This document shows, piece after piece, positions 9,380 to 17,407 of a DNA stretch of 64,000 nt. The notes beneath the pieces are model-generated. The model made no database searches. It saw only the letters and a program-made list of their open reading frames with translations, and was not told where the DNA came from. The position numbers and the translations under genes were made by a program. This DNA comes from Candidatus Fraserbacteria bacterium. GTDB taxonomy: Bacteria; Bipolaricaulota; Bipolaricaulia; RBG-16-55-9. The DNA lies in NCBI GenBank assembly GCA_037443265.1, contig JBBIOR010000003.1:18192-82191 (forward strand). Direction: 5' to 3'. Numbering within the stretch: the first letter of the stretch is position 1; each line of letters opens with the position of its first letter.

Positions 9380-10864
9380 TTAGAAGCCCGCTTTCAGCTC
9401 TTGGAGGAAGCGTCGCACTTGACGGTGGTAGGAGTCGAAGGGATCATCGAAGATGAGGGAGCGCTTGGCCCCAACGGTGACCCCGTCCCACTCGATGAGA
9501 TAGTCGCTTATGGGCAGGGAGCGCAGCGCCTGGACGACTTGGGCGCGGGCCTGGCCTCGGGTCTCGGTGGGGCCCTCATGGAGGGCCTTTTCGATGTCGG
9601 AGTCCTCGATCAAGTGGCGGACCTCACCGGCCTCCGCTAGGGCATAGTAGAGGCCCTGGTCGGGATTGATGTTATGATACTCGAGATCCAGACTATGGAG
9701 CATGGGGTCATTCCAGTTGAGTCCTTCGGCTTGGCGATAGAGATCCAGCAGCCCTCTCTTGGCCACCCAATCCAGACGATCTACCAGGGTCATGGGGTTC
9801 CGCTCCAAGGCGTCGAGGGTGGCCTCCCACTCGTCTAGAATGAGATCCGTCTCCTCATCCCGGTCCCGGAAGCGTTGGGCGCTTTCCAGATAGTGCCGCT
9901 GGACGTCTACGGCTCGGATGGTCCGGCCGTCTTCTAATCGAACGATCCAGCGCCAGGTGGGATCGCGCGAGATCTCCTTGAGGGTAGGGATAGGCCTGGC
10001 CAATTCTAAATCTTGTGGGGAGGCGTGCTCTTCGATGGCGTCGAGCACGAGAGCCGTTGTGCCCACCTTCAGGAACGTGGCATACTCCGACATATTGGAC
10101 TCCCCAAAGAGGATGTGGAGACGCGGAGCGTGCGAGGTGTCCTGGAAGCTGTCCCACTTGGGGTTGATCAGCGCCCGGCTGAAGCGGACGCGCCCGGAGG
10201 CGACATAGAGAATATGATCTGCCCGCTGGGAGAGCTGAAAATCTACGGTAGGGTCAGGCTCCACGCCGTAGATCTGATCGGTGAAGGCGTAATCGACCCG
10301 ATGGCGGCTCAGAGCTCGGATCATGCGGCCGGGATCGCTGGTGAGTCGGTGTCCGCCTACCCGGCCTGCTCCGGCGAAGATCTGCCGCGTCACCAAGAAG
10401 GGAATAAGCGGGGCCAGATCCCTCCCATACGGGTGCGTTTCGGGATTGAGCGAGTAGTTCTCGTGGCACCCGAACGTATGGCCGCCGTAGTGATCGATGT
10501 TGTTGTTGTGGAAGCTGACCCGCTCTGTCCAATCTAGCTCTCGCAAGATTTGAAGGATGAGTCGCTGGCCCGCCTTCTCATAAGCCACTAGCTCCCGAAG
10601 GGAGCGGCACTCGGGGGTGGCATATTCTAAGTGGCTGCCGACCACGTCGATGTAGAGGCGGCCGCCGTTGATCAAAAAACCTCCGGCCTCGGCGGGCTCG
10701 AAGAAGGCGTCGCGCGCATGTCTATCTATTAAGCCCCAGCGACGGCCGCGGAACGCTTGCTCTTTGACGCGCTCGACGACCTCCTCAGGGTCGCAGAGCG
10801 CGGAGTCGCGCACCAGACAGCCGAACTCCGTCTCGATGCCGACAATTCTGTTCAACAGAGTCAT
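9380..10864 (-). CDS. pafA: Pup/UBact ligase family protein, PafA-like paralog (divergent)
   Basis: IVGIETEFG, GGRLYIDVVGSHLEYATPEC, FGCHENYS, FLVTRQIFAGAGRVG, LSQRADH. Last gene of the operon, as in actinobacterial loci. Confidence 0.8.
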   Translation of the reverse strand: MTLLNRIVGIETEFGCLVRDSALCDPEEVVERVKEQAFRGRRWGLIDRHARDAFFEPAEAGGFLINGGRLYIDVVGSHLEYATPECRSLRELVAYEKAGQRLILQILRELDWTERVSFHNNNIDHYGGHTFGCHENYSLNPETHPYGRDLAPLIPFLVTRQIFAGAGRVGGHRLTSDPGRMIRALSRHRVDYAFTDQIYGVEPDPTVDFQLSQRADHILYVASGRVRFSRALINPKWDSFQDTSHAPRLHILFGESNMSEYATFLKVGTTALVLDAIEEHASPQDLELARPIPTLKEISRDPTWRWIVRLEDGRTIRAVDVQRHYLESAQRFRDRDEETDLILDEWEATLDALERNPMTLVDRLDWVAKRGLLDLYRQAEGLNWNDPMLHSLDLEYHNINPDQGLYYALAEAGEVRHLIEDSDIEKALHEGPTETRGQARAQVVQALRSLPISDYLIEWDGVTVGAKRSLIFDDPFDSYHRQVRRFLQELKAGF

Positions 10865-10869
10865 CCTTC

Positions 10870-11631
10870 TTATAGGAGGAAAGGTTCGAGTTCCTCCTGG
10901 TTTAAGAGTCGAAGCCTCCGTTCTCGAGAAGGATCGCGCTCCAGCACCGCAGCTTCTATCTCCATGCCTTCCTTGAGCGACTCTGTGAGGATTTGCTGGA
11001 TCTGCTGGCGGGTCGGAAGCTTCTCTGCTCCCTCACCCTCCGCCTTAAGAGCCCACTGTCCGATGGCCCAGGCGGAGAGAGCCCTTTCGAGGCCCGCATC
11101 CAGCTTGATGGTCTTGCGCTTGGTCTCTAAAAAAGCGCGCTCCATCTGCCGCTCGGCGAATTCTGTGCCGGCGATGGCTGCCTGCTGGCGATGGAGCATG
11201 AATTCCCCATCATAGTTGAGCCTAAAGAACAGATCATCTTCCGGGCGATCGCCCACCTGAGCGAACAAGCCCTTCAGGACCAGGGGTGTGCGAAACGGAT
11301 CGGCAAACGAGCGCTTGAGCACCGGGCTGATGGCAAAGCTTAGGACCCGTTGAATGGAGACGTCCTCGGGGCTGCGCTGATACCCTTCGGCGTGGGCGAA
11401 GTCCACGGCCAGTTGCCGGACGGCTTCCAAATCCGAAGGATTTCCTAAGCCCGCGAAGGCCAAGCGATCGTAGATCTCGAAGATCTTGCGCTGGGTACGC
11501 CGTGTGCTGAGCAGCAGGACCCCCACATCGCAGCTGATCCCGACCACCGGGCTGCCTCCGCGGAGGCGATCTTCGACGTAGTCGGCTTTCTGTCGGAGTG
11601 TCTGCTGCCAGTCGTAGGGCGTGTAGGCCAT
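10870..11631 (-). CDS. prcA: 20S proteasome alpha subunit
   Basis: 253 aa. Ntn-hydrolase fold signature (GSPVVGISCDVGVLLLSTRR..., IFEIYDRLAFAGLGNPSD) without an N-terminal Thr nucleophile. Directly downstream of prcB. Confidence 0.82.
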   Translation of the reverse strand: MAYTPYDWQQTLRQKADYVEDRLRGGSPVVGISCDVGVLLLSTRRTQRKIFEIYDRLAFAGLGNPSDLEAVRQLAVDFAHAEGYQRSPEDVSIQRVLSFAISPVLKRSFADPFRTPLVLKGLFAQVGDRPEDDLFFRLNYDGEFMLHRQQAAIAGTEFAERQMERAFLETKRKTIKLDAGLERALSAWAIGQWALKAEGEGAEKLPTRQQIQQILTESLKEGMEIEAAVLERDPSRERRLRLLNQEELEPFLL

Positions 11632-11647
11632 ATTATATTATATTATA

Positions 11648-12445
11648 TTATTCTCGGCGGAGCTGGCGCTGGAGGCTCCGCAGCTTCTCTTCCGGGATGT
11701 CTATCACTCCTTGGGCGGTGATGGTCTTCGCCAGCGGGGGTGGCCCAATCAAGCCGGCCGTGGCCGGATCTAAGCTGGCCGCGATGTCCAGCAAGAGCAG
11801 CGATTCTTTGAGCACCTCCTCCAAAGGCATCTCATGGAAGGGCCCGCGGGTTCGGGCAATATACTCGAACGTGCCGCGGATCTTCTCCGCGCCCGAGCCG
11901 GCCGCTCCATATTCTCGGCTCTCGAAGCGCGCGCCCAGCATGTCATAGAAGAAGATTCGTCCCTGAGTGGCCGTGCGATCATAGGCGCTCACGATGGGCA
12001 AAAATCCCCCCAAGCCCTGCAGCGCGCCGGGGAGGCTCTGAGCCAGCACTCGAGAGACTTCCGCGAGCTTTCCCTCTAGGCTCATCTCCTGAAGCTGGCT
12101 GCGGGCGTAGTATTTGAACGAGTGCCTCAGGAAACGGGCCGCTTCCGCCGCTGGAGCGTAGGAGCCGGCTACGGCAATGAGTGTGTAATCATCCAGTTTG
12201 AGGATCTTCTCGGCCTCGTCGTAGAGGATGCCCCCCGCTGAGGTGGCCCGCCGATCGGCCACGTTGAGGACTCCCTCGCTGAATTTGAGCGCGATGACGG
12301 TGGTGCCCCAAGCGGCTGAGGCCCTTTCCGCTTCCTGCCCCCAGGCGAGGGTCTGTCTTGCCAGCGGCAGAGGAATCCCCGCGCGCTGGAGCAGACGCGA
12401 GAAATCCCCCCAAGTCCCATCGTGTTCCGGGCCCATGGGGTTCAC
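11648..12445 (-). CDS. prcB: 20S proteasome beta subunit with a 47-aa propeptide
   Basis: The ...AAWG|TTVIALKF junction gives Thr1 at residue 48. Asp17 (VADRR) and Lys33 (EAEKILK) are at the expected spacing. The GTG start overlaps the upstream stop (GTGA). Confidence 0.85.
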   Translation of the reverse strand: MNPMGPEHDGTWGDFSRLLQRAGIPLPLARQTLAWGQEAERASAAWGTTVIALKFSEGVLNVADRRATSAGGILYDEAEKILKLDDYTLIAVAGSYAPAAEAARFLRHSFKYYARSQLQEMSLEGKLAEVSRVLAQSLPGALQGLGGFLPIVSAYDRTATQGRIFFYDMLGARFESREYGAAGSGAEKIRGTFEYIARTRGPFHEMPLEEVLKESLLLLDIAASLDPATAGLIGPPPLAKTITAQGVIDIPEEKLRSLQRQLRRE

Positions 12446-12621
12446 TCTCCGCTGCGCTGGCGATAGCGACGGGCCTGTCTGGGGTCTACGCGCTTCATTC
12501 GCTCGAGCAGCTCGCGCGTGTTGGGCCTCTCCACCTCAGGCGCGCGCGGATGGCTCTCTTCGTCCTCATGGGGCTTCGTCCAGGGATCGTCCGTGACCGG
12601 CCGGGTCTTGCGCTCGGGCAT
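12442..12621 (-). CDS. Pup-like small protein modifier, UBact-type (59 aa)
   Basis: MPERKTRPVTDDPWTKPHEDEESHPRAPEVERPNTRELLERMKRVDPRQARRYRQRSGE. Low-complexity, charged, C-terminal Glu. GGAGGTGAACGG precedes the ATG at 12621. Sits between the dop-like gene and prcB. Confidence 0.68.
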   Translation of the reverse strand: MPERKTRPVTDDPWTKPHEDEESHPRAPEVERPNTRELLERMKRVDPRQARRYRQRSGE

Positions 12622-12626
12622 TCCGT

Positions 12627-14129
12627 TCACCTCCTCAGGCGTCGTTCGGAGTCTGCCACCCATTGTATCAAGTCTTCCAGCGTCGCATCATAGGGGACCT
12701 CGAGCGTTCCGCCCACGAGATTCTTCAGGTCGAGCTCTACAGTTCTGTTCCGGTGAGTCACCATCACTCGGCTCCAGCTGGCGGATCGCACCTCGAAGCG
12801 CTGCACGCACAGCCCGCGCAGGAAGGCTCGCGTATCCTGGGGTGCTCTTCGCATGGCCTCCTCGATCTCCGCCTCGTGAGTCCAGCGTCGCAGGGCTCCT
12901 GCTCTTTCCAGCGCCCGGGAGAGTCCACGCTCCGGATCGAGATTGTGATATTCCAGTTCGAGGCTGCATAAGAGATCGAGATCGCCCTTCACCGGGGCCC
13001 CTTCGCTCTCAATGAAAGATTCCAAAAGTTCGCGCTTGGCCACCCAGTCGAGGCGGTCCTTGAGCCGCCGCGGATCGGCCTCAAGATCATCCAGCACGCT
13101 CTCCCACTCGCGAAGCACCCAGTCTGTCTCCTCATCCCGACCGGCGAAGAGCTCTTGGGCCGCCCGTAGATAGGCCCGTTGGATGTCGATGGCCGGAATC
13201 GTCCTGCCAGAGATCTGTTCGACCAGCCAGTGTCGATCTTGATCGTGAGAGATCTGCTTTATCGCCCGCACCGGATCCTTGAGTTCGACGGGTGGGCCGT
13301 AACCGGCTTCGAGAGTGGCCAGCACCAGAGCGGTCGTGCCCATCTTGAGAGCCGTGGCATACTCGCTCAAATTCGCATCTCCACAGATGACGTGCAGGCG
13401 ACGCCACTTATGGCGATCCGCGTGGGGCTCATCGCGGGTGTTGATGAGCGGCCTGTGATGGAGCGTATCTATGCCCAAGATCTCATCGAAAAAGTCCGCG
13501 CGCTGTGAGAGCTGATAGATGACCCGCTCTCCCGCGGCTTGCGGGTCGGTGCCTACCTTGCCGGCTCCGGCATAGAGAATACGCGTGACGAGAAAGGGCA
13601 GAATCCCGTTCACCAACTGCTCCAGGGGAATCACGCGCGGCACCAGATAATTCTCATGGCAGCCGTAGCTCATGCCGTGGTAGTCCGTGTTATTTTTATA
13701 GACGGACACGGCCCGCCCCGTGCGCTGCTCATAGCGCTTGGCGCAGGCCCATACGATGCGCTCCCCGGCCCGATCCTGGGCGATGAGATCTTTCAAGCTG
13801 TGGCACTCCGGTGTGCTGTACTCTGGATGGCCGTGATCGTGATAGAGCCGAGCGCCGTTTGGGAGCACGCGATCCACGTGCTCTTCGTGAGCGGTGCGCG
13901 GCCTGGGAGCGTGAGAGATCCTTTCATAGCGATCGTCTTTGGGGTTGGTTCTTAGGCGAGGAGCGCGGAAGCCGCGCAGATCTTGCAAGGGGCTCTCGTC
14001 ACGATAGTCCCAGCGAGGCCCCGCCGGAAGAAAACTCACAAGCGCTCGGGCCTCCGAAGTGAGATCCCCTATATCCACGCCCTCGATATACAGGCCGTAT
14101 TCCGTCTCTAACCCGAGCAGGCGATCCAT
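12627..14129 (-). CDS. dop: Pup/UBact deamidase-depupylase family protein, Dop-like paralog
   Basis: LLGLETEYG, RWDYRDESPLQDLRGF plus a long loop before NGARLYHDHGHPEYSTPEC, YGCHENY, INTRDEPHAD, LHVICGDANLSE. Located immediately upstream of the modifier gene. Confidence 0.82.
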   Translation of the reverse strand: MDRLLGLETEYGLYIEGVDIGDLTSEARALVSFLPAGPRWDYRDESPLQDLRGFRAPRLRTNPKDDRYERISHAPRPRTAHEEHVDRVLPNGARLYHDHGHPEYSTPECHSLKDLIAQDRAGERIVWACAKRYEQRTGRAVSVYKNNTDYHGMSYGCHENYLVPRVIPLEQLVNGILPFLVTRILYAGAGKVGTDPQAAGERVIYQLSQRADFFDEILGIDTLHHRPLINTRDEPHADRHKWRRLHVICGDANLSEYATALKMGTTALVLATLEAGYGPPVELKDPVRAIKQISHDQDRHWLVEQISGRTIPAIDIQRAYLRAAQELFAGRDEETDWVLREWESVLDDLEADPRRLKDRLDWVAKRELLESFIESEGAPVKGDLDLLCSLELEYHNLDPERGLSRALERAGALRRWTHEAEIEEAMRRAPQDTRAFLRGLCVQRFEVRSASWSRVMVTHRNRTVELDLKNLVGGTLEVPYDATLEDLIQWVADSERRLRR

Positions 14130-14142
14130 GAGCGCAACGTCA

Positions 14143-15834
14143 TCATACCACGGAATCCGTGGAGAGTCTTCGGCTATCAGCCCGAATCGGACGGACCTCC
14201 ACGACTTCCTCTGGGTCGTAGTCGATGAGTTTCAGCCAGTCTTCCAGATAGTCCGTCTTGGGGAATATCTCATTTTCTTTATATTCGAGTCGGATCGCCT
14301 CTTTCAGGTCTTGGGGGCGGATGCCCTCGTGCTTGCTAGCCCGCTCGATGCTGCGCTGGATCGCGAAATCTTTGGCGCGCTCTACGGCGGACATGATGAG
14401 CGCGCCGCTCACCAGATCGCTCCAGTAGAGCGTCTCGCGTCGGCCACTCTTTAGCACCACTTCCAGAAACGCCGTCTCAGGGCCACGGCGGAAGAGGTAG
14501 TCTGCGGCCTGCTCCACCAGCTCGTCGCGGGAGGCCTTCACATCCCCATCGTGCTCCCTTATCCAGTCGGGATCGAGGGGGATACGCTCGTTCAGATAGA
14601 TTCTGAATATATCCGCCGAGGCCCGGCGATCCGGCCGGCCGATCTTCACTTTTCTATCGATGCGCTCCGGTCTTAAGATGGCCGGATCGATGTAATCCGG
14701 GCGGTTGGAGGTGAGCATGACGATGACGTTCTCCAGACCCACCAGGCCATCCATCTCCGCGGCGAACTGAGGCACAACCGTGTTGGCAATGTTGAGATAT
14801 CTTCCGCTGCTGCGCACGCGGAGCAAAGAGTCCGCTTCGTCGATGAACACAAACACGAGATGGCCCTCTTTGGCCCGCTCACGGGCCGCGGCGAAGATCT
14901 CGCGCACCATGCGCTCGGTCTCGCCCAGCCACATGTTCAACAATTGCGGCCCGTTGATGAACATGAAATACTCGCGCACATCTTTGCCGACGCGCTCCCT
15001 ATAGGCCTGCGTGAGATTATAGGCCGTGGCTTTGGCGATGAGCGTCTTGCCGCACCCCGGCGGTCCGTAAAGCAAGATACCCTTCAGCTGCTTCTTGTCA
15101 AATCTCTCATAGAGCTCGGGATAGAGCAGCGGCCGCTCGATCGTGTCCCGAATGAGCCGGATCGCTTCCTCCTGGCCGCCGATCTGGTCCCAAGCGATCT
15201 CCGGAATCTTCTCCAAATAATAGCCCCGCACTTCGGACTTTTGGAAGTGTTCGAGCGCCACGCGCAACGAGGGCTCCAGGCGGACCTCATCTCCGGGCTT
15301 GAGGGTGATCTTCTCCAGATCCGACGAGCGCAGGATGATCCGCCCCGCCAGATGCCCATCGCTCGAGACCCTCAGTCGCCCATCGGGCAGGATCTCTGAG
15401 ACTTTGACAATGGGACCCTCGGGGTGATAGCCCAGATCGCCAATGACCGTAAAAGCCTCATTGACCTTCACGCGGGTGCCGATCTTCAGAGCCTTGGGGT
15501 CGAGCTTGGGGTCCACGTTGCAGTAGTATTCCGCATCGCCTACGGCCAGATAGGCGATGCCCTCGGCTGGAGAGCCCAGATACGTGCCGATGCGGTTCGC
15601 CGGAGCAGTGAGTTTTCTATAGACCTCTTCAAATTGGGCGATGGCCTGTCGGGCCTCTTGTAGCTGCTGTTCATCGACCCCAAGCTGATAATCCAGAAGC
15701 TCTAGTAGCTCTAGGCGGGGATCGCTCTGGGACGTACGCGCGAGGATCTCAGCTAAGAGGGCGCGGGCCCGGATCTGGGTCTCGAATCTCTTCGGCTCAA
15801 ACGATCCCTCGTGGGGCTGCTTGCGCCCGGCCAT
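14143..15834 (-). CDS. mpa: Proteasome-associated AAA ATPase (Mpa/ARC family)
   Basis: Start moved to MAGRKQPHEG (GAGGTGAGACC-ATG). N-terminal coiled coil, OB-like region, Walker A GPPGCGKT, Walker B FVFIDEAD. First gene of the operon. Confidence 0.82.
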   Translation of the reverse strand: MAGRKQPHEGSFEPKRFETQIRARALLAEILARTSQSDPRLELLELLDYQLGVDEQQLQEARQAIAQFEEVYRKLTAPANRIGTYLGSPAEGIAYLAVGDAEYYCNVDPKLDPKALKIGTRVKVNEAFTVIGDLGYHPEGPIVKVSEILPDGRLRVSSDGHLAGRIILRSSDLEKITLKPGDEVRLEPSLRVALEHFQKSEVRGYYLEKIPEIAWDQIGGQEEAIRLIRDTIERPLLYPELYERFDKKQLKGILLYGPPGCGKTLIAKATAYNLTQAYRERVGKDVREYFMFINGPQLLNMWLGETERMVREIFAAARERAKEGHLVFVFIDEADSLLRVRSSGRYLNIANTVVPQFAAEMDGLVGLENVIVMLTSNRPDYIDPAILRPERIDRKVKIGRPDRRASADIFRIYLNERIPLDPDWIREHDGDVKASRDELVEQAADYLFRRGPETAFLEVVLKSGRRETLYWSDLVSGALIMSAVERAKDFAIQRSIERASKHEGIRPQDLKEAIRLEYKENEIFPKTDYLEDWLKLIDYDPEEVVEVRPIRADSRRLSTDSVV

Positions 15835-15952
15835 GGTCTCACCTCGAGACTTAACGTTAACGCGAATCCTGCGGGGATGCAAGGGTCACGTGGGATTCGC
15901 TTAGGTGACCCTACCGCTTGCTGTGTGTCTCCGTTCGAGATAAAAAGGAGCC

Positions 15953-17239
15953 ATGGCGCTTCAAAGAGGCTGGATTCTTCTGCTGGTGCTCATGGCGTGG
16001 ACCCCGGTCCCTGCGCAGGGAGTGTGGGCGTGGGAGTCCGTCCGGGCGCAGCTGGCACAGAGCCTTCCCCTCATCGGCGTGGATCGAGTCCATCAGCAGT
16101 TGGGCATCACGGGCTCCGGTGTGGATGTCCTTATCATCGATGACTGGACGATCAACGAGGAGGGCCTTGTCCATGGGCAAGCGGTGGCTGAAGCGGTGAG
16201 GGCGGTCGCCCCAGGGGCTCGACTCTCGTTTTGCAAGCTGGACTTTTCAACCACGAAAGAAGGGGATCTCACAAGGTGTTTGACGCAGATGTTGAGAGAG
16301 CGCCCGATTCGCGTGGTCAATCTGAGCTTCGCTGTGGGAGAGAATCTCTTCCGTCAGCCGTGCGCCTGGGTGGATGACGCGTTGGCTCGGGCCATCCGGC
16401 AGCTCTCTCGCCTGGGCGTCATCTTTGTGGCGGCGGCCGGCAACGACGGGATGAAGGGTGCTCTGCGCTACCCGGCGTGTCTGCCTGAAGTGATCTCTGT
16501 AGGGGCGACGTATGATCTGGCGGGTCCGGTCGAGTTTGACACAGATCAAGTCTTCTGTCGGGATCAGGCGGCTGTGGATCAAGTGGCGTGTTACTCGAAC
16601 GTCGCGGATTATTTGTCTCTGGTGGCACCGGGGACCGTGATCAGCACGCCTTCCGCCCGCAACTTTGGAGGTACCTCGGCTGCCGCTCCCCTCGTGAGTG
16701 GCATAATTGCCCTCCTGCTCGAGGCAGATCCATGGCTCTCGGAGCGGCAAATCCTCAGTAAACTCCGAAGCACCGCAGCCAGAGCGTTCGACCCGGCGAC
16801 GGATGAAGTCTATCCTCGAGTGGACGCCTATCGAGCGGTTCGCGCGGCCATCTCGGGCACTTCACGTGAGAGAGTGACGCGATTCGACGCCAACGGCAAC
16901 GGCGTGCTCGATGACTCTGAGTTCTTCGCCGCCGTGGACGAGTGGATTGCCCATCAAATCAGCGATGAACTCTTCTTTAGGGTAATGGATGCCTGGGCTA
17001 CGCAGAGACGGCTTCTGGCCGTGGCAGATCGTACGGAGCCTTCGGAGTTAGCAAGGGCTGAAAGGATTCAGCTCTTTGATCTTCAAGGAACGCCCATTGC
17101 CCAGCTGCCGGGAACGGCGTGGCAGGCACTTCGTCGCTCCTTGCCCACGTTGGCCAACGGGATCTACGTTTACGTGGCGGAGTTCTCGCAGGAGGGACGC
17201 AGGACCCAAAAGATGGGCAAGCTCGTGATTCTGAAATGA
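15953..17239 (+). CDS. Secreted subtilisin-like (S8) serine protease with an EF-hand/dockerin-like loop and a T9SS-type or FlgD-Ig-like C-terminal domain
   Basis: Signal peptide. Asp (VLIIDDW), His (HGQAVAE), Asn (AAGNDG), Ser (GGTSAAAP). DANGNGVLDDSE loop. C-terminus ...LANGIYVYVAEF...KMGKLVILK. Confidence 0.82.
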   Translation: MALQRGWILLLVLMAWTPVPAQGVWAWESVRAQLAQSLPLIGVDRVHQQLGITGSGVDVLIIDDWTINEEGLVHGQAVAEAVRAVAPGARLSFCKLDFSTTKEGDLTRCLTQMLRERPIRVVNLSFAVGENLFRQPCAWVDDALARAIRQLSRLGVIFVAAAGNDGMKGALRYPACLPEVISVGATYDLAGPVEFDTDQVFCRDQAAVDQVACYSNVADYLSLVAPGTVISTPSARNFGGTSAAAPLVSGIIALLLEADPWLSERQILSKLRSTAARAFDPATDEVYPRVDAYRAVRAAISGTSRERVTRFDANGNGVLDDSEFFAAVDEWIAHQISDELFFRVMDAWATQRRLLAVADRTEPSELARAERIQLFDLQGTPIAQLPGTAWQALRRSLPTLANGIYVYVAEFSQEGRRTQKMGKLVILK

Positions 17240-17243
17240 ACCC

Positions 17244-17319
<76 letters not shown>

Positions 17320-17329
17320 AAGCTCTTTA

Positions 17330-17358
17330 ATACTACCCTGTCCTAGCCCCCAGGTCAA
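17330..17358 (-). promoter_or_regulatory. Candidate promoter for tRNA-Ala
   Basis: Minus strand: TTGACC (17358-17353), 17-nt spacer, TAGTAT (17335-17330), then 10 nt to the tRNA 5' end. Confidence 0.45.
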
Positions 17359-17407
17359 GCAGCAGTCCTTGTGCTCACGCGCCAGGTCCACTACAATAGC
17401 TCAAGAG

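Noticed and set aside
12622-12663. 14-codon N-terminal extension of the modifier ORF (the 73-aa version)
   Set aside because: It overlaps the dop-like stop codon region and lacks an SD. The internal ATG at 12621 has GGAGG upstream and gives a tidy 5-nt intergenic gap.
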